Source of the DNA: Clostridia bacterium
GTDB lineage: Bacteria > Bacillota > Clostridia > Oscillospirales > CAG-382
DNA length: 64,000 nt
Reading direction: 5' to 3'
Assembly (NCBI GenBank): GCA_017625615.1
Contig: JAGAKP010000014.1
Coordinates: 10,326-74,325 of the forward strand
Part shown: piece by piece, positions 30,191 to 40,914 of the stretch
Numbering within the stretch: position 1 is the first letter of the stretch
Layout of the letters: every line of letters starts with the position of its first letter
Notes under the pieces: model-generated
Seen by the model: the letters and a program-made list of their open reading frames with translations, nothing else
What the model was told of the DNA's origin: nothing
Database searches by the model: none
Program-made: the position numbers and the translations under genes

Positions 30191-30376
30191 TTACCAACTT
30201 GCTTTCTTTACACCGGGAATTTCGCCCTTATAAGCGAGCTCCCTGAAACAGATACGGCAAATACCGTATTTGCGGAGATATGCGTGAGGTCTGCCGCAGA
30301 TCTTGCATCTATTGTAGTATCTGGTAGAGAACTTAGGTGCTTTAGCCTGCTTCAGTATCATAGATTTTCTTGCCAT
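30191..30376 (-). CDS. rpsN: 30S ribosomal protein S14, zinc-binding type
   Basis: [23 protein letters not shown]. Confidence 0.97.
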   Translation of the reverse strand: MARKSMILKQAKAPKFSTRYYNRCKICGRPHAYLRKYGICRICFRELAYKGEIPGVKKASW

Positions 30377-30391
30377 TTTTCACGTTCCTCC

Positions 30392-30934
30392 TTACTGTCT
30401 TGCAAACGGTGCGCCAAGAAGTGCGAGAAGCTCTTTTGCTTCTTCGTCGGTATTGGCGGTGGTTACAAATACGATATCCATACCTCTGACCTTGTCAACC
30501 TTATCGTACTCGATTTCGGGGAAGATCAGCTGTTCCTTGAGTCCGAGAGAGTAGTTGCCGCGGCCGTCGAAGGCGTTGGGGTTGATACCCTTAAAGTCTC
30601 TAACTCTGGGAAGAGAAAGGTTGAAAAGCTTATCTACGAATTCGTACATTTTGTCTGCACGAAGAGTTACCTTAACACCGTTGAGAGAGCCTTCACGGAG
30701 CTTGAAGTTAGAAATGGACTTTCTTGCCTTGGTAGCTACAGGCTTCTGACCGGTAATAGCAGCGATATCAGCCATAACGGCGTCGATAACCTTGCTGTTG
30801 TCCTTCGCGTCGCCGCAACCTACGTTAACAACGACCTTTTCAAGGCGAGGGATCTGCATGGGGCTGCTGTAATTAAATTTTGTCATAAGAGCAGGAGCAA
30901 CTTCGCTCTTATAGAATTCCTTAAGTCTTGCCAT
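30392..30934 (-). CDS. rplE: 50S ribosomal protein L5
   Basis: ITGQKP..LPRVRDF..FDGRGNY; start at MARLKE. Confidence 0.98.
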   Translation of the reverse strand: MARLKEFYKSEVAPALMTKFNYSSPMQIPRLEKVVVNVGCGDAKDNSKVIDAVMADIAAITGQKPVATKARKSISNFKLREGSLNGVKVTLRADKMYEFVDKLFNLSLPRVRDFKGINPNAFDGRGNYSLGLKEQLIFPEIEYDKVDKVRGMDIVFVTTANTDEEAKELLALLGAPFARQ

Positions 30935-30948
30935 TGCGTCCTCCTCCT

Positions 30949-31263
30949 TTACAGTGCTTTGCCGCACTTAGCGCAGCTTCTGATTTTCTTTCCGTCTTCT
31001 ACTTTAACGGAAACGCGGGTACCCTTCTTGCAGTTCTTGCAGTAGGGGGATACCTTGCAGGCGTAGAGAGCGCCTTCGGTCTTCACGATACCGCCTGCTT
31101 CGCCCTGTCTGCGGGGCTTAACGTGCTTGGATACGGTGTGAACGCCTTTAACGATAACTTTGCCTTCCTTGGGGGATACGGCTACTACTTCGCCGGTAAC
31201 TCCCTTATACTTGCCGGAGTTTACTATTACAGTTTCACCGGTCTTTACGTGCATATTACTCAT
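30949..31263 (-). CDS. rplX: 50S ribosomal protein L24
   Basis: KOW motif [10 protein letters not shown]; GGIVKTEG. Confidence 0.96.
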   Translation of the reverse strand: MSNMHVKTGETVIVNSGKYKGVTGEVVAVSPKEGKVIVKGVHTVSKHVKPRRQGEAGGIVKTEGALYACKVSPYCKNCKKGTRVSVKVEDGKKIRSCAKCGKAL

Positions 31264-31279
31264 TATCCTTTACCTCCAA

Positions 31280-31648
31280 TTACACAACTTCAGGTGCGAG
31301 GGAGAGGATCTTCATATAATCCTTCTCACGAAGCTCTCTTGCAACCGGGCCAAAGATACGAGTACCTCTGGGGTTCTTATCTTCCTTGATAAGAACAGCG
31401 GCATTTTCGTCGAATCTGATATAGGAACCATCAGCTCTGCGATGACCCTTAACGGTTCTTACGACTACTGCGGTGACAACATCACCCTTCTTAACTACGC
31501 CGCCGGGAGCTGCCTTCTTAACCGAGCAAACCACAACGTCGCCGATTCCTGCGTAACGTCTGCCGGTACCGCCAAGAACTCGGATGCACATCAGCTCTTT
31601 TGCGCCGGTATTATCAGCAACTTTCATGAATGACTGCTGTTGTATCAT
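31280..31648 (-). CDS. rplN: 50S ribosomal protein L14
   Basis: [20 protein letters not shown]. Confidence 0.99.
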   Translation of the reverse strand: MIQQQSFMKVADNTGAKELMCIRVLGGTGRRYAGIGDVVVCSVKKAAPGGVVKKGDVVTAVVVRTVKGHRRADGSYIRFDENAAVLIKEDKNPRGTRIFGPVARELREKDYMKILSLAPEVV

Positions 31649-31660
31649 CGTGTTTCCTCC

Positions 31661-31918
31661 TTACTTAGCCTTCTCAACAATTCTTACGACACGGAAATAC
31701 TTGTCCTTGGAAAGGGGGCGAGTTTCCATGATCTCTACGGTGTCACCGATACCGCACTCGTTGTTCTCGTCATGAGCCTTGAAGCGAACGGTGCGCTTAA
31801 CGATCTTCTTATAAAGGGGATGCTTAACGTTGTCACGTACTGCAACTACGACGGTCTTGTCCATCTTGTCGCTTACTACGATACCAACTCTGGATTTTCT
31901 AAGTGCTCTTTCTTCCAT
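31661..31918 (-). CDS. rpsQ: 30S ribosomal protein S17
   Basis: [20 protein letters not shown]. Confidence 0.98.
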   Translation of the reverse strand: MEERALRKSRVGIVVSDKMDKTVVVAVRDNVKHPLYKKIVKRTVRFKAHDENNECGIGDTVEIMETRPLSKDKYFRVVRIVEKAK

Positions 31919-31938
31919 TTTCGGTTACTCCTTTCCGC

Positions 31939-32139
31939 TTACGCCTGCGTAGAGAGTTCTTTCTCACGGAGAACCGTGAGCACTCTGGCGATGGTCTTCT
32001 TGGTCTCGACAAGCTTCATGGGGTTATCGAGCTGGTGTATGGAGTGCTGGAAACGGAGCTTGAAGAGTTCTTCCTTCTGCTCCTCCAGAATCTTGTTGAG
32101 TTCTTCAGGAGACTTACCTCTGATTTCTTTTAATTCCAT
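31939..32139 (-). CDS. rpmC: 50S ribosomal protein L29
   Basis: ELFKLRFQ..IARVLTV. Confidence 0.96.
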   Translation of the reverse strand: MELKEIRGKSPEELNKILEEQKEELFKLRFQHSIHQLDNPMKLVETKKTIARVLTVLREKELSTQA

Positions 32140-32150
32140 TGTAATACCTC

Positions 32151-32570
32151 CTATTTCTCAAGGTCTGCCTTGGTAGCAAACTTACATTTGATAGGAAGCT
32201 TGTGAGAAGCAAGACGCATAGCTTCGCGTGCCTGTTCTTCGGTGATGCCTTCCATTTCAAACATAACTCTGCCGGGCTTAACCACTGCTACCCAGTACTC
32301 GGGAGAACCTTTACCGGAACCCATTCGGGTTTCAGCGGGCTTCTCGGTGATGGGCTTATCGGGGAATATCTTTATCCAAACCTTACCGCCACGCTTGATG
32401 TAACGAGTCATCGCGATACGGGCTGCTTCGATCTGGTTGCTGGTGATCCAAGCGGGTTCAGCTGCTACGAGACCGTAGGAACCGTAGGTAATGGTGTTAC
32501 CGCGGGATGCCTTACCGGTAAGTCTGCCGCGCTGAACGCGTCTGTATTTAACTCTTTTGGGCATTAACAT
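32151..32570 (-). CDS. rplP: 50S ribosomal protein L16
   Basis: [17 protein letters not shown]. Confidence 0.99.
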   Translation of the reverse strand: MLMPKRVKYRRVQRGRLTGKASRGNTITYGSYGLVAAEPAWITSNQIEAARIAMTRYIKRGGKVWIKIFPDKPITEKPAETRMGSGKGSPEYWVAVVKPGRVMFEMEGITEEQAREAMRLASHKLPIKCKFATKADLEK

Positions 32571-32572
32571 GA

Positions 32573-33226
32573 TTATTTACCTCCCTGACGCTTTACCTCG
32601 GGAAGAACCTCACCCTTGTATATCCATACCTTGATGCCGATCTTACCGTAGGTGGTATTAGCCTCATAGAAGCCGTAATCGATATCGGCTCTGAGGGTCT
32701 GAAGCGGAATAGTGCCTTCATGGTAATGCTCGGTTCTTGCGATTTCTGCACCGCCGAGACGGCCGGAAACTGCAACCTTGATACCCTTTGCACCAAGCTT
32801 CATAGTTCTGCCGATAGCCATTTTCATTGCGCGGCGGAACGAAGTTCTCTTTTCGAGCTGTGCTGCGATATTCTGAGCAACAAGCAGTGCGTTAAGATCG
32901 GGCTGCTTGATCTCGATTACGTTGACTGCTGCGGGCTTGCCAACGAAGTTTTCTACTTCCTTGCGGAGCTTTTCGATCTCTGCACCGCCCTTACCGATAA
33001 CGATACCGGGCTTTGCGCAGCGAACGATAACGCGAACCTTGGTGTTGTCACGCTCGATCTCGATCTTAGCTACGCCTGCACCTGCAAGTCTTGCAGTGAG
33101 GAACTTTCTGAGTTTGTAATCGGAAACGAGGGTATCACCAAACACTTCGTCTTTAACGAACCAACGGGAATCCCAGTCCTTGATTATACCAACACGGAGA
33201 CCGTGAGGATTAACTTTCTGACCCAT
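32573..33226 (-). CDS. rpsC: 30S ribosomal protein S3
   Basis: [21 protein letters not shown]. Confidence 0.99.
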   Translation of the reverse strand: MGQKVNPHGLRVGIIKDWDSRWFVKDEVFGDTLVSDYKLRKFLTARLAGAGVAKIEIERDNTKVRVIVRCAKPGIVIGKGGAEIEKLRKEVENFVGKPAAVNVIEIKQPDLNALLVAQNIAAQLEKRTSFRRAMKMAIGRTMKLGAKGIKVAVSGRLGGAEIARTEHYHEGTIPLQTLRADIDYGFYEANTTYGKIGIKVWIYKGEVLPEVKRQGGK

Positions 33227-33240
33227 TTACTGTACCCTCC

Positions 33241-33591
33241 TTAATTCTTTTCCGCAAGCGCAATGGTAACGTGAGAAGTGCGCTTAAGGATGCGGTCTGC
33301 TCTGCCCTTTGCACGGGGTCTGATTCTCTTCATATGCTTCATAATGCCGGGAGTAACAAAGCATTCGGAAACATAGAGCTTTTCTACGTCCATACCGTAG
33401 TTATGATCTGCGTTTGCGATTGCCGAATTAAGAAGCTTAAGAACGGGCTCGCAAGCGATCTTATTGGTGTATTTGAGTATTGCGGCTGCCTCAGCAACGT
33501 TTTTGCCTCTGATAAGGTCGAGAACGATCTTGACCTTGCGGGGAGTCATACGGAGCTGCTTGAGATAAGCCTTTGCTATCTTCTGTTCCAT
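33241..33591 (-). CDS. rplV: 50S ribosomal protein L22
   Basis: TPRKV..SAIANA..PRAKGRA..KRTSHVT. Confidence 0.97.
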   Translation of the reverse strand: MEQKIAKAYLKQLRMTPRKVKIVLDLIRGKNVAEAAAILKYTNKIACEPVLKLLNSAIANADHNYGMDVEKLYVSECFVTPGIMKHMKRIRPRAKGRADRILKRTSHVTIALAEKN

Positions 33592-33609
33592 TATATTATC
33601 TCCTTCCGC

Positions 33610-33888
33610 TTATTTGCTGTTAGACGTCTTGGAACCGCTGTGGCCCTTGAAGTGTCTGGTGGGAGCGAACTCGCCGAGTCTGTGACCAACCATATCTTCT
33701 ACCACGTATACGGGAACGTGCTTCTTGCCATCGTGTACTGCGATGGTGTGTCCTACGAATTCGGGGAATATTACGGAAGCACGGGACCAAGTCTTGAGAA
33801 CTCTCTTCTCGCCCTTCTCGTTCATTTCGCAAATTCTATTGTATAACTTAGGCTCCACAAAAGGGCCTTTTTTAACGCTTCTGCTCAT
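33610..33888 (-). CDS. rpsS: 30S ribosomal protein S19
   Basis: KKGPFV..KTWSR..GEFAPTR. Confidence 0.99.
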   Translation of the reverse strand: MSRSVKKGPFVEPKLYNRICEMNEKGEKRVLKTWSRASVIFPEFVGHTIAVHDGKKHVPVYVVEDMVGHRLGEFAPTRHFKGHSGSKTSNSK

Positions 33889-33911
33889 TTGTTTATTCCT
33901 CCTTCACCGTA

Positions 33912-34742
33912 TTACTTAGCGTTTCTGCGCTTAACGATAAACTTATCGGTGCGAGCCTTCTTGTTTCTGGTCTTATAACCGAGAGCAGGCTTGCCCCAAG
34001 GAGTCAAAGGACCGGGATGGCCGATAGGCGCACGTCCTTCACCACCACCGTGGGGGTGATCTACGGGGTTCATTACGGAACCGCGTACTGTGGGACGGAT
34101 GCCCATGTGGCGCTTCTTACCGGCTTTACCGATCTTGATATTCTCGTGCTCGAGGTTACCAACCTGACCGATAGTAGCGGTACAGTCAAGACGAACGTAG
34201 CGAACTTCGCCGGAGGGAAGTCTTACCTGGCCCATCTTGCCTTCCTTAGACATAAGCTGTGCTGCTGCACCGGCGGAACGAACAAGCTGTGCGCCTCTGC
34301 CGGGGTAAAGCTCGATGTTGTAGATAACAGTACCAACGGGGATGTTAGCGAGGGGGAGTACGTTACCGGGACGGATATCGCTGTCTGCGCCGGAGTAAAG
34401 AACGTCGCCGACCTTGATGCCGTTTGCTGCGATAGCGTAGCTCTTGTTGCCCTGCTCATCGCAAAGAAGTGCGATGTATGCGGTACGGTTAGGATCGTAC
34501 TCGATAGCGGTTACGGTGCAGGGAGAAGTGGAATTTCTCTTGAAATCGATAATTCTGTACTTTCTCTTGTTGCCGCCGCCCTGGTGACGAACGGTTACGC
34601 GGCCGAGATTGTTACGGCCTGCCTTGCTCTTGAGAGTAACTACGAGAGACTTCTCAGGAGTCTTCTTGGTGATCTCCGCAAAGGAGGGAGTCGCCATATG
34701 TCTTCTCGACGGAGTTGTAGGATTATAAGTCTTAACAGCCAT
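33912..34742 (-). CDS. rplB: 50S ribosomal protein L2
   Basis: [21 protein letters not shown]. Confidence 0.99.
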   Translation of the reverse strand: MAVKTYNPTTPSRRHMATPSFAEITKKTPEKSLVVTLKSKAGRNNLGRVTVRHQGGGNKRKYRIIDFKRNSTSPCTVTAIEYDPNRTAYIALLCDEQGNKSYAIAANGIKVGDVLYSGADSDIRPGNVLPLANIPVGTVIYNIELYPGRGAQLVRSAGAAAQLMSKEGKMGQVRLPSGEVRYVRLDCTATIGQVGNLEHENIKIGKAGKKRHMGIRPTVRGSVMNPVDHPHGGGEGRAPIGHPGPLTPWGKPALGYKTRNKKARTDKFIVKRRNAK

Positions 34743-34759
34743 TGTATAACTCCTTTCGA

Positions 34760-35053
34760 TTACATAAGGCTATCGAAGAATTCGATGGTCTTGGATTCGG
34801 GAGCAAGCTTAACGATGGCCTTTTTCCAAGCAGCGGTTTTACCCACGTTGTAGCCCATTCTCTTTTCCTTGCCCTTAACGGAAATAGTGGTTACTTTTTC
34901 AACCTTAACGCCGAAGATCTTTTCAACAGCGTTCTTTATTTCTACCTTGTTAGCATCGGTAGCAACCTTGAAGGTGTACTTGCGGTTCTGCATGTCCTCG
35001 TTGGAAGCTTCGGTGATAACAGGCTTAATAATAATATCGTAAGCAGATTTCAT
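34760..35053 (-). CDS. rplW: 50S ribosomal protein L23
   Basis: PVITE..YTFKV..WKKAIV. Confidence 0.97.
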   Translation of the reverse strand: MKSAYDIIIKPVITEASNEDMQNRKYTFKVATDANKVEIKNAVEKIFGVKVEKVTTISVKGKEKRMGYNVGKTAAWKKAIVKLAPESKTIEFFDSLM

Positions 35054-35739
35054 TATGCGTAAACCTCCTCAAGCTTTTCGATTGCAGCCTTGGTGGCAAC
35101 GACCTTCTCGCTGTTAAGGATCTCATATACGTTGAGAGTGTTAACGAGAGTGGTCTTTACGGTTTCGATATTGCCGCAGCTCTTTACTACCTTCTCATCT
35201 ACGTTTTCGAGGAGAAGAAGTGCTTTCTGGGGAACTACTACGGTGTGAGACTTCTTTTCGCCGTTTTCCTTGTAGTTCTTGTTAACTTCCTTCTGGCAGC
35301 CGAGAGCGTTGAACATATTCACCATTTCCTTGGTCTTGTAAGCATCCAGTGCGATATTGTCTACGACAATCAGTTCACCGTTTGCAACCTTGGAAGAAAG
35401 TGCGGAGTACAGAGCTGCTCTCTTAACCTTCTTGTTAACGGAAACCTTATAGGTACGGGGCTTGGGACCGAGGGCGATACCGCCGTGAGTCCACTGAGGA
35501 GAACGGGTGGAACCCTGTCTTGCTCTGCCGGTTCCCTTCTGACGCCAGGGCTTTCTGCCGCCGCCGGAAACTTCGGATCTGGTGAGGGTGGACTGGGTAC
35601 CCTGTCTCTGGTTGAGCAGGTATGCTCTTACTACGGTGTGAAGTACGGAAGCGTTGACCTCTGCGCCGAAAACCTTTTCGGAAAGCTCCATGCTGCCGCA
35701 AACTTCGCCCTTCATATTGTATACATTTACATTAGGCAT
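35053..35739 (-). CDS. rplD: 50S ribosomal protein L4 (with insertion)
   Basis: RQGT..GGGRKPWRQKGTGRARQGSTR. Confidence 0.98.
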   Translation of the reverse strand: MPNVNVYNMKGEVCGSMELSEKVFGAEVNASVLHTVVRAYLLNQRQGTQSTLTRSEVSGGGRKPWRQKGTGRARQGSTRSPQWTHGGIALGPKPRTYKVSVNKKVKRAALYSALSSKVANGELIVVDNIALDAYKTKEMVNMFNALGCQKEVNKNYKENGEKKSHTVVVPQKALLLLENVDEKVVKSCGNIETVKTTLVNTLNVYEILNSEKVVATKAAIEKLEEVYA

Positions 35740-35758
35740 TACTTTATCCTCCCTTCAC

Positions 35759-36388
35759 TTATTTAACGGTGTTGCGGATAACAACTACTCCGCCGCGTGC
35801 GCCGGGTACAGCGCCCTTAACCGCAATGAGATTTTTCTCGGAATCGATCTTTACGATCTCCAGGTTCTGCATGGTAACCTTTTCGTTACCGTACTGACCG
35901 GGCATTTTCTTGTTCTTGAAGATTCTGGAAGGATCGCTGTTTGCGCCTACAGAACCGATGTGACGGTGAACGGGACCGCCACCGTGGGTCATTCTGAGCT
36001 GTGCCTGACCCCATCTCTTGATAACGCCGCTGTAACCGTGTCCCTTGGTGGTACCGGTAACGTCGACCTTTTCGCCTACCTCAAAGGTGTCTGCGGTGAT
36101 AACGTCGCCAACGTTCATGGAAGCTGCGTTATCGAGGCGGAACTCTTTAAGATACTTCTTGAAGGAAACCTCTGCCTTGAGGAAGTGTCCCTTCGCGGGC
36201 TTGGTCAGCTTTCTTTCTGCGATATCCTCGTAGCCAAGCTGAACTGCTTCGTAGCCGTCGTTTTCTGCGGTCTTCTTCTGTGTAACGGTGCAGGGACCTG
36301 CAGCGATAACAGTCACAGGGATGACGTTGCCCTTTTCGTCGAAGATCTGTGTCATACCGATCTTCTTGCCGATGATGCCTTTTTTCAT
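35759..36388 (-). CDS. rplC: 50S ribosomal protein L3
   Basis: [25 protein letters not shown]. Confidence 0.98.
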   Translation of the reverse strand: MKKGIIGKKIGMTQIFDEKGNVIPVTVIAAGPCTVTQKKTAENDGYEAVQLGYEDIAERKLTKPAKGHFLKAEVSFKKYLKEFRLDNAASMNVGDVITADTFEVGEKVDVTGTTKGHGYSGVIKRWGQAQLRMTHGGGPVHRHIGSVGANSDPSRIFKNKKMPGQYGNEKVTMQNLEIVKIDSEKNLIAVKGAVPGARGGVVVIRNTVK

Positions 36389-36455
36389 TTTTATCCTCCT
36401 TAAGGTTATTGGTTAACCCGCGATACGCAGATTAACATGACCTTTATTTAACTGA

Positions 36456-36764
36456 TTAAAGCTTGATCTCGATATCTACGCCCGCAGGAAGCTCGAGGTT
36501 GGTAAGAGCCTCAACAGCCTTTGCGGAGGGCTTGATGATATCGATAAGACGCTTGTGGGTGCGGTACTCGAACTGCTCACGGCTGTCCTTGTACTTGTGA
36601 ACTGCACGAAGAATGGTTACGATTTCCTTTTCGGTAGGAAGAGGAATGGGACCGGAAACTGCTGCGCCGGAACGCTTTGCGGTCTCAACGATCTTTTCTG
36701 CTGCCTGATCGATCAGGGAGTGATCGTAGGACTTGAGTCTGATTCTGATTTTCTGGGTTGCCAT
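36456..36764 (-). CDS. rpsJ: 30S ribosomal protein S10
   Basis: [30 protein letters not shown]. Confidence 0.99.
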   Translation of the reverse strand: MATQKIRIRLKSYDHSLIDQAAEKIVETAKRSGAAVSGPIPLPTEKEIVTILRAVHKYKDSREQFEYRTHKRLIDIIKPSAKAVEALTNLELPAGVDIEIKL

Positions 36765-36947
36765 TTTGGATTTGCTCCTTTATATAATATAATGTAGCGT
36801 GGTGCTTGAAGGTCTTCTCAACACTGTTCCGGGCGTTTCATTTCCGACCCATAAAAAATGTTGGAAAATTCGCCAGATCAAACCGACATACTCTGTGTGA
36901 GTTACCTGCTTTTGGGCAGCAATCTCCCACTTCATCGCACACCAAGC
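36765..36947 (-). promoter_or_regulatory. S10 operon 5' leader RNA (Firmicutes S10-leader type)
   Basis: Leader of about 180 nt containing GCGATGAAGTGGGAGATTGCTG..GGTAACT..CAGAGTATGTC, resembling the conserved Firmicutes rpsJ leader. Confidence 0.75.
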
Positions 36948-36953
36948 TCACGT

Positions 36954-36982
36954 AGTATAACACAATATACCCCCTTTGTCAA
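36954..36982 (-). promoter_or_regulatory. sigma-A promoter of the S10 operon
   Basis: TTGACA-17bp-TATACT with TGn extension. Confidence 0.85.
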
Positions 36983-37158
36983 GATATTTTGCGAAAAAAT
37001 TTGATATTTTCGTGTATTTTTTACACAAACGGGGCATTTATTAATTTTCTGTGAACAAATTATGAATTTTTGTTAATTTGAAGTTATCTCTTCCCAAAAT
37101 ACGCGGTGTGTGTTATAATACGGAGTGTATATATAATATAAATGGAAGGAAAAACATA

Positions 37159-37413
37159 ATGACAAAGACGTATAATAACAAGGGCGTATGCTCCAGAAGC
37201 GTCACTTTTGATATAGCCGAGGACGGCACCGTGACCAACGTATCCTTTTTGGGAGGCTGTAACGGCAACCTTAAGGGAGTAGCGGCTCTGGCAGAGGGAC
37301 AGAAGGCTCAGGACATTATAAACCGCTGCAAGGGCATTATCTGCGGAATGAAGAGCACCTCCTGCCCCGATCAGTTTGCAAAAGCACTTGAAATGGCACT
37401 GGAAGAAATATAA
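37159..37413 (+). CDS. TSCPD-domain 4-Cys protein (TIGR03905-like)
   Basis: GVCSR..GGCNGNLKG..GIICG..TSCPDQ; SD AAGGA; upstream TTCCCA-17-TATAAT. Confidence 0.9.
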   Translation: MTKTYNNKGVCSRSVTFDIAEDGTVTNVSFLGGCNGNLKGVAALAEGQKAQDIINRCKGIICGMKSTSCPDQFAKALEMALEEI

Positions 37414-37437
37414 ATTTACCGAAGGGTGAAAAGCGAT

Positions 37438-39117
37438 ATGACAGAGTTTGAAAAATGGTTAAATTCTCCCGTCGTTGACGAAGATACCAAGGCAGAGCTT
37501 AATTCTATTGCAAATGACGAAAACGAAATACTTGCAAGATTTTCACGTCCCATGGAGTTCGGCACTGCGGGACTCCGCGCCGTTATGGCGGCAGGTATAT
37601 CCCGTATGAACGTTTACACCGTTGCCCAGACCACCGAAGGACTGGCAAGACTTATTGAGGACGAGAATGGCTGTGACAAAGGCGTTGCCATCGCTTGGGA
37701 CAGCCGCAACAACTCCGAGCTTTTTGCCCGCACCGCCGCGCGCGTGCTGGCTAACCACGGAATAAAGACTTATATCTTTGATTCTCTCCGCCCTACTCCC
37801 GAGTTGTCCTTTGCCATACTCCGCCACGGCTGTATTGCAGGTATAAACATTACCGCATCCCACAATCCTTCTGCCTATAACGGATACAAGGTTTACTGGT
37901 CAGACGGCGCACAGCTTCCGCCCGAGCACGCAAGCGTAGTTTCCGATTACGTTGCAAAGACGGATATATTCTCCGTAGCTTTGGCAGATTTTGACAAGGC
38001 CGTGCAGGACGGCACTATTATAATAATAGGAAAGGAAACCGACGAGGATTTCCTTGAGGCAGTACAAAACTGCAGTATAGATCCCACCGCACTGAAGGAA
38101 TACGGCGACAAGCTGAATATGGTCTACACCCCCATTCACGGCACGGGATACCGTCTCGTACCTGAAATTTTAAAGCGTTCGGGTGTCAATAACCTTATCG
38201 TTGTAAAGGAGCAGGAGGTTCCCGACGGTAACTTCCCCACCGTACACACTCCCAACCCCGAAAACAAGGAATGCTTTAACATTGCCATTGAAAAGGTAAA
38301 GGCGGAAAATATTGATTGCCACCTTATTATCGGTACCGACCCCGATGCGGACCGTGTAGGTATAGTTGCAAGAAACAACGAGGGCGAGTTCGTGCCCTTT
38401 ACCGGTAATCAGGTAGGCGCGCTTCTTGCGGATTACATTATTAACAGCAAAAAGGCGCAGGGAAATCTTCCCGCAAACGCTTGTGCTATAAAATCCGTGG
38501 TATCGGGCAAGCTGTTCGACCTGGTATGCGACGGCGAGGGCGTATACCGTATGAACGTGCTTACGGGCTTTAAATATATTGGCGAAAAGATAAAGGAATT
38601 TACCGCATCCGGCGAATACACCTTTATTCTCGGTTATGAAGAAAGCTACGGATACCTTACCGGCGGATACGTCCGCGATAAGGACGCGGTTGCCGCATCT
38701 ATGCTGATTGCGGAAATGGCGGCGTACAATATGCGCAACGGCACCACGCTGTATCAGCGCTTGCAGGAGCTGTACCAAAAGTACGGCTATTGCAAGGAGG
38801 CTATTATAAACCGCGTTATCGGCGGAATAGTTCCCATGGACACCATGAAGGAAAAGATGGCTTCCCTCCGCGCTTGTCCTCCCGCATCCTTCGGCGGAAG
38901 CAAGGTTACGGAGGCGACCGATTATCTTTGCGACGGAACGGGGCTTCCCAAGGCGAATATGCTGTCATATCTTCTTGAAAACGGCACTACGGTGCTCATC
39001 CGTCCCTCGGGCACAGAGCCCAAGATAAAGGTATATATCCTTACCCAAGCGGAAAGCGAAAGTGCGGCTGACGAGGTCATCGCCGCGGTAAAGGCAGACG
39101 CGGAAAACCTTATATAA
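37438..39117 (+). CDS. pgm: Phosphoglucomutase/phosphomannomutase
   Basis: FGTAGLR, TASHNP, DPDADR, GYEESYG, RPSGTEPKIK. Confidence 0.93.
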   Translation: MTEFEKWLNSPVVDEDTKAELNSIANDENEILARFSRPMEFGTAGLRAVMAAGISRMNVYTVAQTTEGLARLIEDENGCDKGVAIAWDSRNNSELFARTAARVLANHGIKTYIFDSLRPTPELSFAILRHGCIAGINITASHNPSAYNGYKVYWSDGAQLPPEHASVVSDYVAKTDIFSVALADFDKAVQDGTIIIIGKETDEDFLEAVQNCSIDPTALKEYGDKLNMVYTPIHGTGYRLVPEILKRSGVNNLIVVKEQEVPDGNFPTVHTPNPENKECFNIAIEKVKAENIDCHLIIGTDPDADRVGIVARNNEGEFVPFTGNQVGALLADYIINSKKAQGNLPANACAIKSVVSGKLFDLVCDGEGVYRMNVLTGFKYIGEKIKEFTASGEYTFILGYEESYGYLTGGYVRDKDAVAASMLIAEMAAYNMRNGTTLYQRLQELYQKYGYCKEAIINRVIGGIVPMDTMKEKMASLRACPPASFGGSKVTEATDYLCDGTGLPKANMLSYLLENGTTVLIRPSGTEPKIKVYILTQAESESAADEVIAAVKADAENLI

Positions 39118-39121
39118 CATA

Positions 39122-39160
39122 AATAGGTAGTGTTTTGTTCAAACACTACCTATTGTTTTT
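39122..39160. terminator. Terminator between convergent pgm and dppA
   Basis: 14-bp stem AATAGGTAGTGTTT/AAACACTACCTATT. Confidence 0.8.
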
Positions 39161-39968
39161 ATTTAAATATGTCTTCTACGTCTCTCATAACACCGACGCG
39201 TGTATACGCATCGGGACGGGAGAACAGTGTTCCGTCGGGATTGCGGTAATGGCATCCCTGCGCGGGCTCGATACGCTTATAGCGTATCTCGTACTCGAAA
39301 TTCTCGGGGTACGTGAAGGTCTGCATCTCACCTATGCGGCTTACGGCTTTCTTTACGCCTGCGTAAATATTATCGCACACCTTCTCGGGATGGTCGGAAA
39401 TACAGCTGTTCCACGCAAGGGAACGCTTGGTTACCACGGTTTCCGCCCAAGGGAAGGCTTCACCCATCTGAGAAATACAGATATCATCGGAGGAAGCGAA
39501 TATTACGGGCACGCAGTATTTGCCTGCCACAGCGCCGTCGATATGAGCCTCACCTACGAAGGAGCCGTTTATTTTTTGGTGCTGGAAGGTGGCGGAGGAG
39601 TATACGTGGCAAAGCACCGCGTCAGAAGTATCGTATGCGTGGTAGCCGATAAACAGCACGCCCGCAAAGCCTTCCTCTATGCAAGGAAAACGCTTTCCGC
39701 TTCCCGCGCCCATAACTATTTTACATCTTTTATCCAGCATATCGTATTTGAGATTATAGCCCGTTCCGTGGCAATCCCATATCCACACCTCGTCGGCACC
39801 GCAATCGAACAACGCCTTTGCGGCGGCGTTTGCTTCACGGGTGCCCTGAAGAGAGGCGTACTCCAGACCTGCGCTTCCCTGCGCAAGTCCCTGACCGGGA
39901 GTGCCTATGGTGCAAGCCACACCCTCAAGGTCAACTGCTATATAATATCTTTTTGTGGTATTGCTCAT
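39159..39968 (-). CDS. M55 family D-aminopeptidase (DppA-like)
   Basis: DLEG, DCHG, FIGYHA, HVYS, SSDD metal-ligand motifs. Confidence 0.9.
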   Translation of the reverse strand: MSNTTKRYYIAVDLEGVACTIGTPGQGLAQGSAGLEYASLQGTREANAAAKALFDCGADEVWIWDCHGTGYNLKYDMLDKRCKIVMGAGSGKRFPCIEEGFAGVLFIGYHAYDTSDAVLCHVYSSATFQHQKINGSFVGEAHIDGAVAGKYCVPVIFASSDDICISQMGEAFPWAETVVTKRSLAWNSCISDHPEKVCDNIYAGVKKAVSRIGEMQTFTYPENFEYEIRYKRIEPAQGCHYRNPDGTLFSRPDAYTRVGVMRDVEDIFK

Positions 39969-40054
39969 TACTCATACCGCCTTTTTGTTATTTATGGTTG
40001 ATTTTTAAGGTAATTCGTTATATAATAACCGCGATAAAGCACGGAGGTGTTCTG

Positions 40055-40834
40055 ATGGACAGATTGAATAATATAAAGCTTTTCGTCCTTGATATGGACG
40101 GAACCATATATCTCGGCAAAAACGTACTGCCCGGCGCAAGAGAGTTTGTTTCCCACGTGAAAAACAGCGGGAAAAAGATTATGTATTTTACAAACAACGC
40201 GTCCAACGACCACAGTATTTACATAAACCGTCTTACGAAAATGGGCTTTGACGCCGATGAGAGCGAGATATTCTCCGCCGCAGACGTTACGGCTATGTAT
40301 CTCGTAAAGCATCATCCCGAAGCGAAGGTTTACGTGGTAGGCACGCCCGCACTTGAAAAAACCTTCAGAGAATACGGGATCAACCTTACCGACGGCAGTG
40401 AGGGTGATATCGTCGTCACCAGCTTTGACACTACCCTTACCTATGAAAAGCTGGTAAAGGCGTGCGATCTTATACGGAGAGGCGCGATATACTACTGCAC
40501 TCATCCCGATTTTAACTGCCCTACCGAAAACGGATTTATTCCCGACAGCGGCGCTATTGCCGCGCTGGTTACCGCATCCACGGGAGTTACACCCCGTTAT
40601 TTCGGCAAGCCCTACAGAGAAACTGCGGATATGATAGCCGAAAAAAGCTCGCTGTCCTTTTCTGATATCGCCATCGTGGGCGACAGACTTTATACCGATA
40701 TCGCCTTAGGTAAAAACCACGGCATACTTTCCGTGCTCGTCCTTTCCGGCGAAACGAAGATGGAGGACGTTACCGAGGAAAACCGTGCGGATATAATCAC
40801 CGACGGTATTGGCGATCTTATTCCTCACGTTTAA
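40055..40834 (+). CDS. HAD-IIA phosphatase (NagD family)
   Basis: DMDGTIY, FTNN, GKP, VGDRLYTDI; start ATG 40055 with GGAGG SD. Confidence 0.92.
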   Translation: MDRLNNIKLFVLDMDGTIYLGKNVLPGAREFVSHVKNSGKKIMYFTNNASNDHSIYINRLTKMGFDADESEIFSAADVTAMYLVKHHPEAKVYVVGTPALEKTFREYGINLTDGSEGDIVVTSFDTTLTYEKLVKACDLIRRGAIYYCTHPDFNCPTENGFIPDSGAIAALVTASTGVTPRYFGKPYRETADMIAEKSSLSFSDIAIVGDRLYTDIALGKNHGILSVLVLSGETKMEDVTEENRADIITDGIGDLIPHV

Positions 40835-40863
40835 CATAATACCTATTTTCGTGGCAAATACCG

Positions 40864-40892
40864 TTGACTTTTGGCGAAATTAATGGTAAAAT
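40864..40892 (+). promoter_or_regulatory. sigma-A promoter for the abrB-like gene
   Basis: TTGACT-17bp-TAAAAT with TGn extension. Confidence 0.75.
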
Positions 40893-40914
40893 GTCAATTG
40901 AAGGAGGTACGTAT

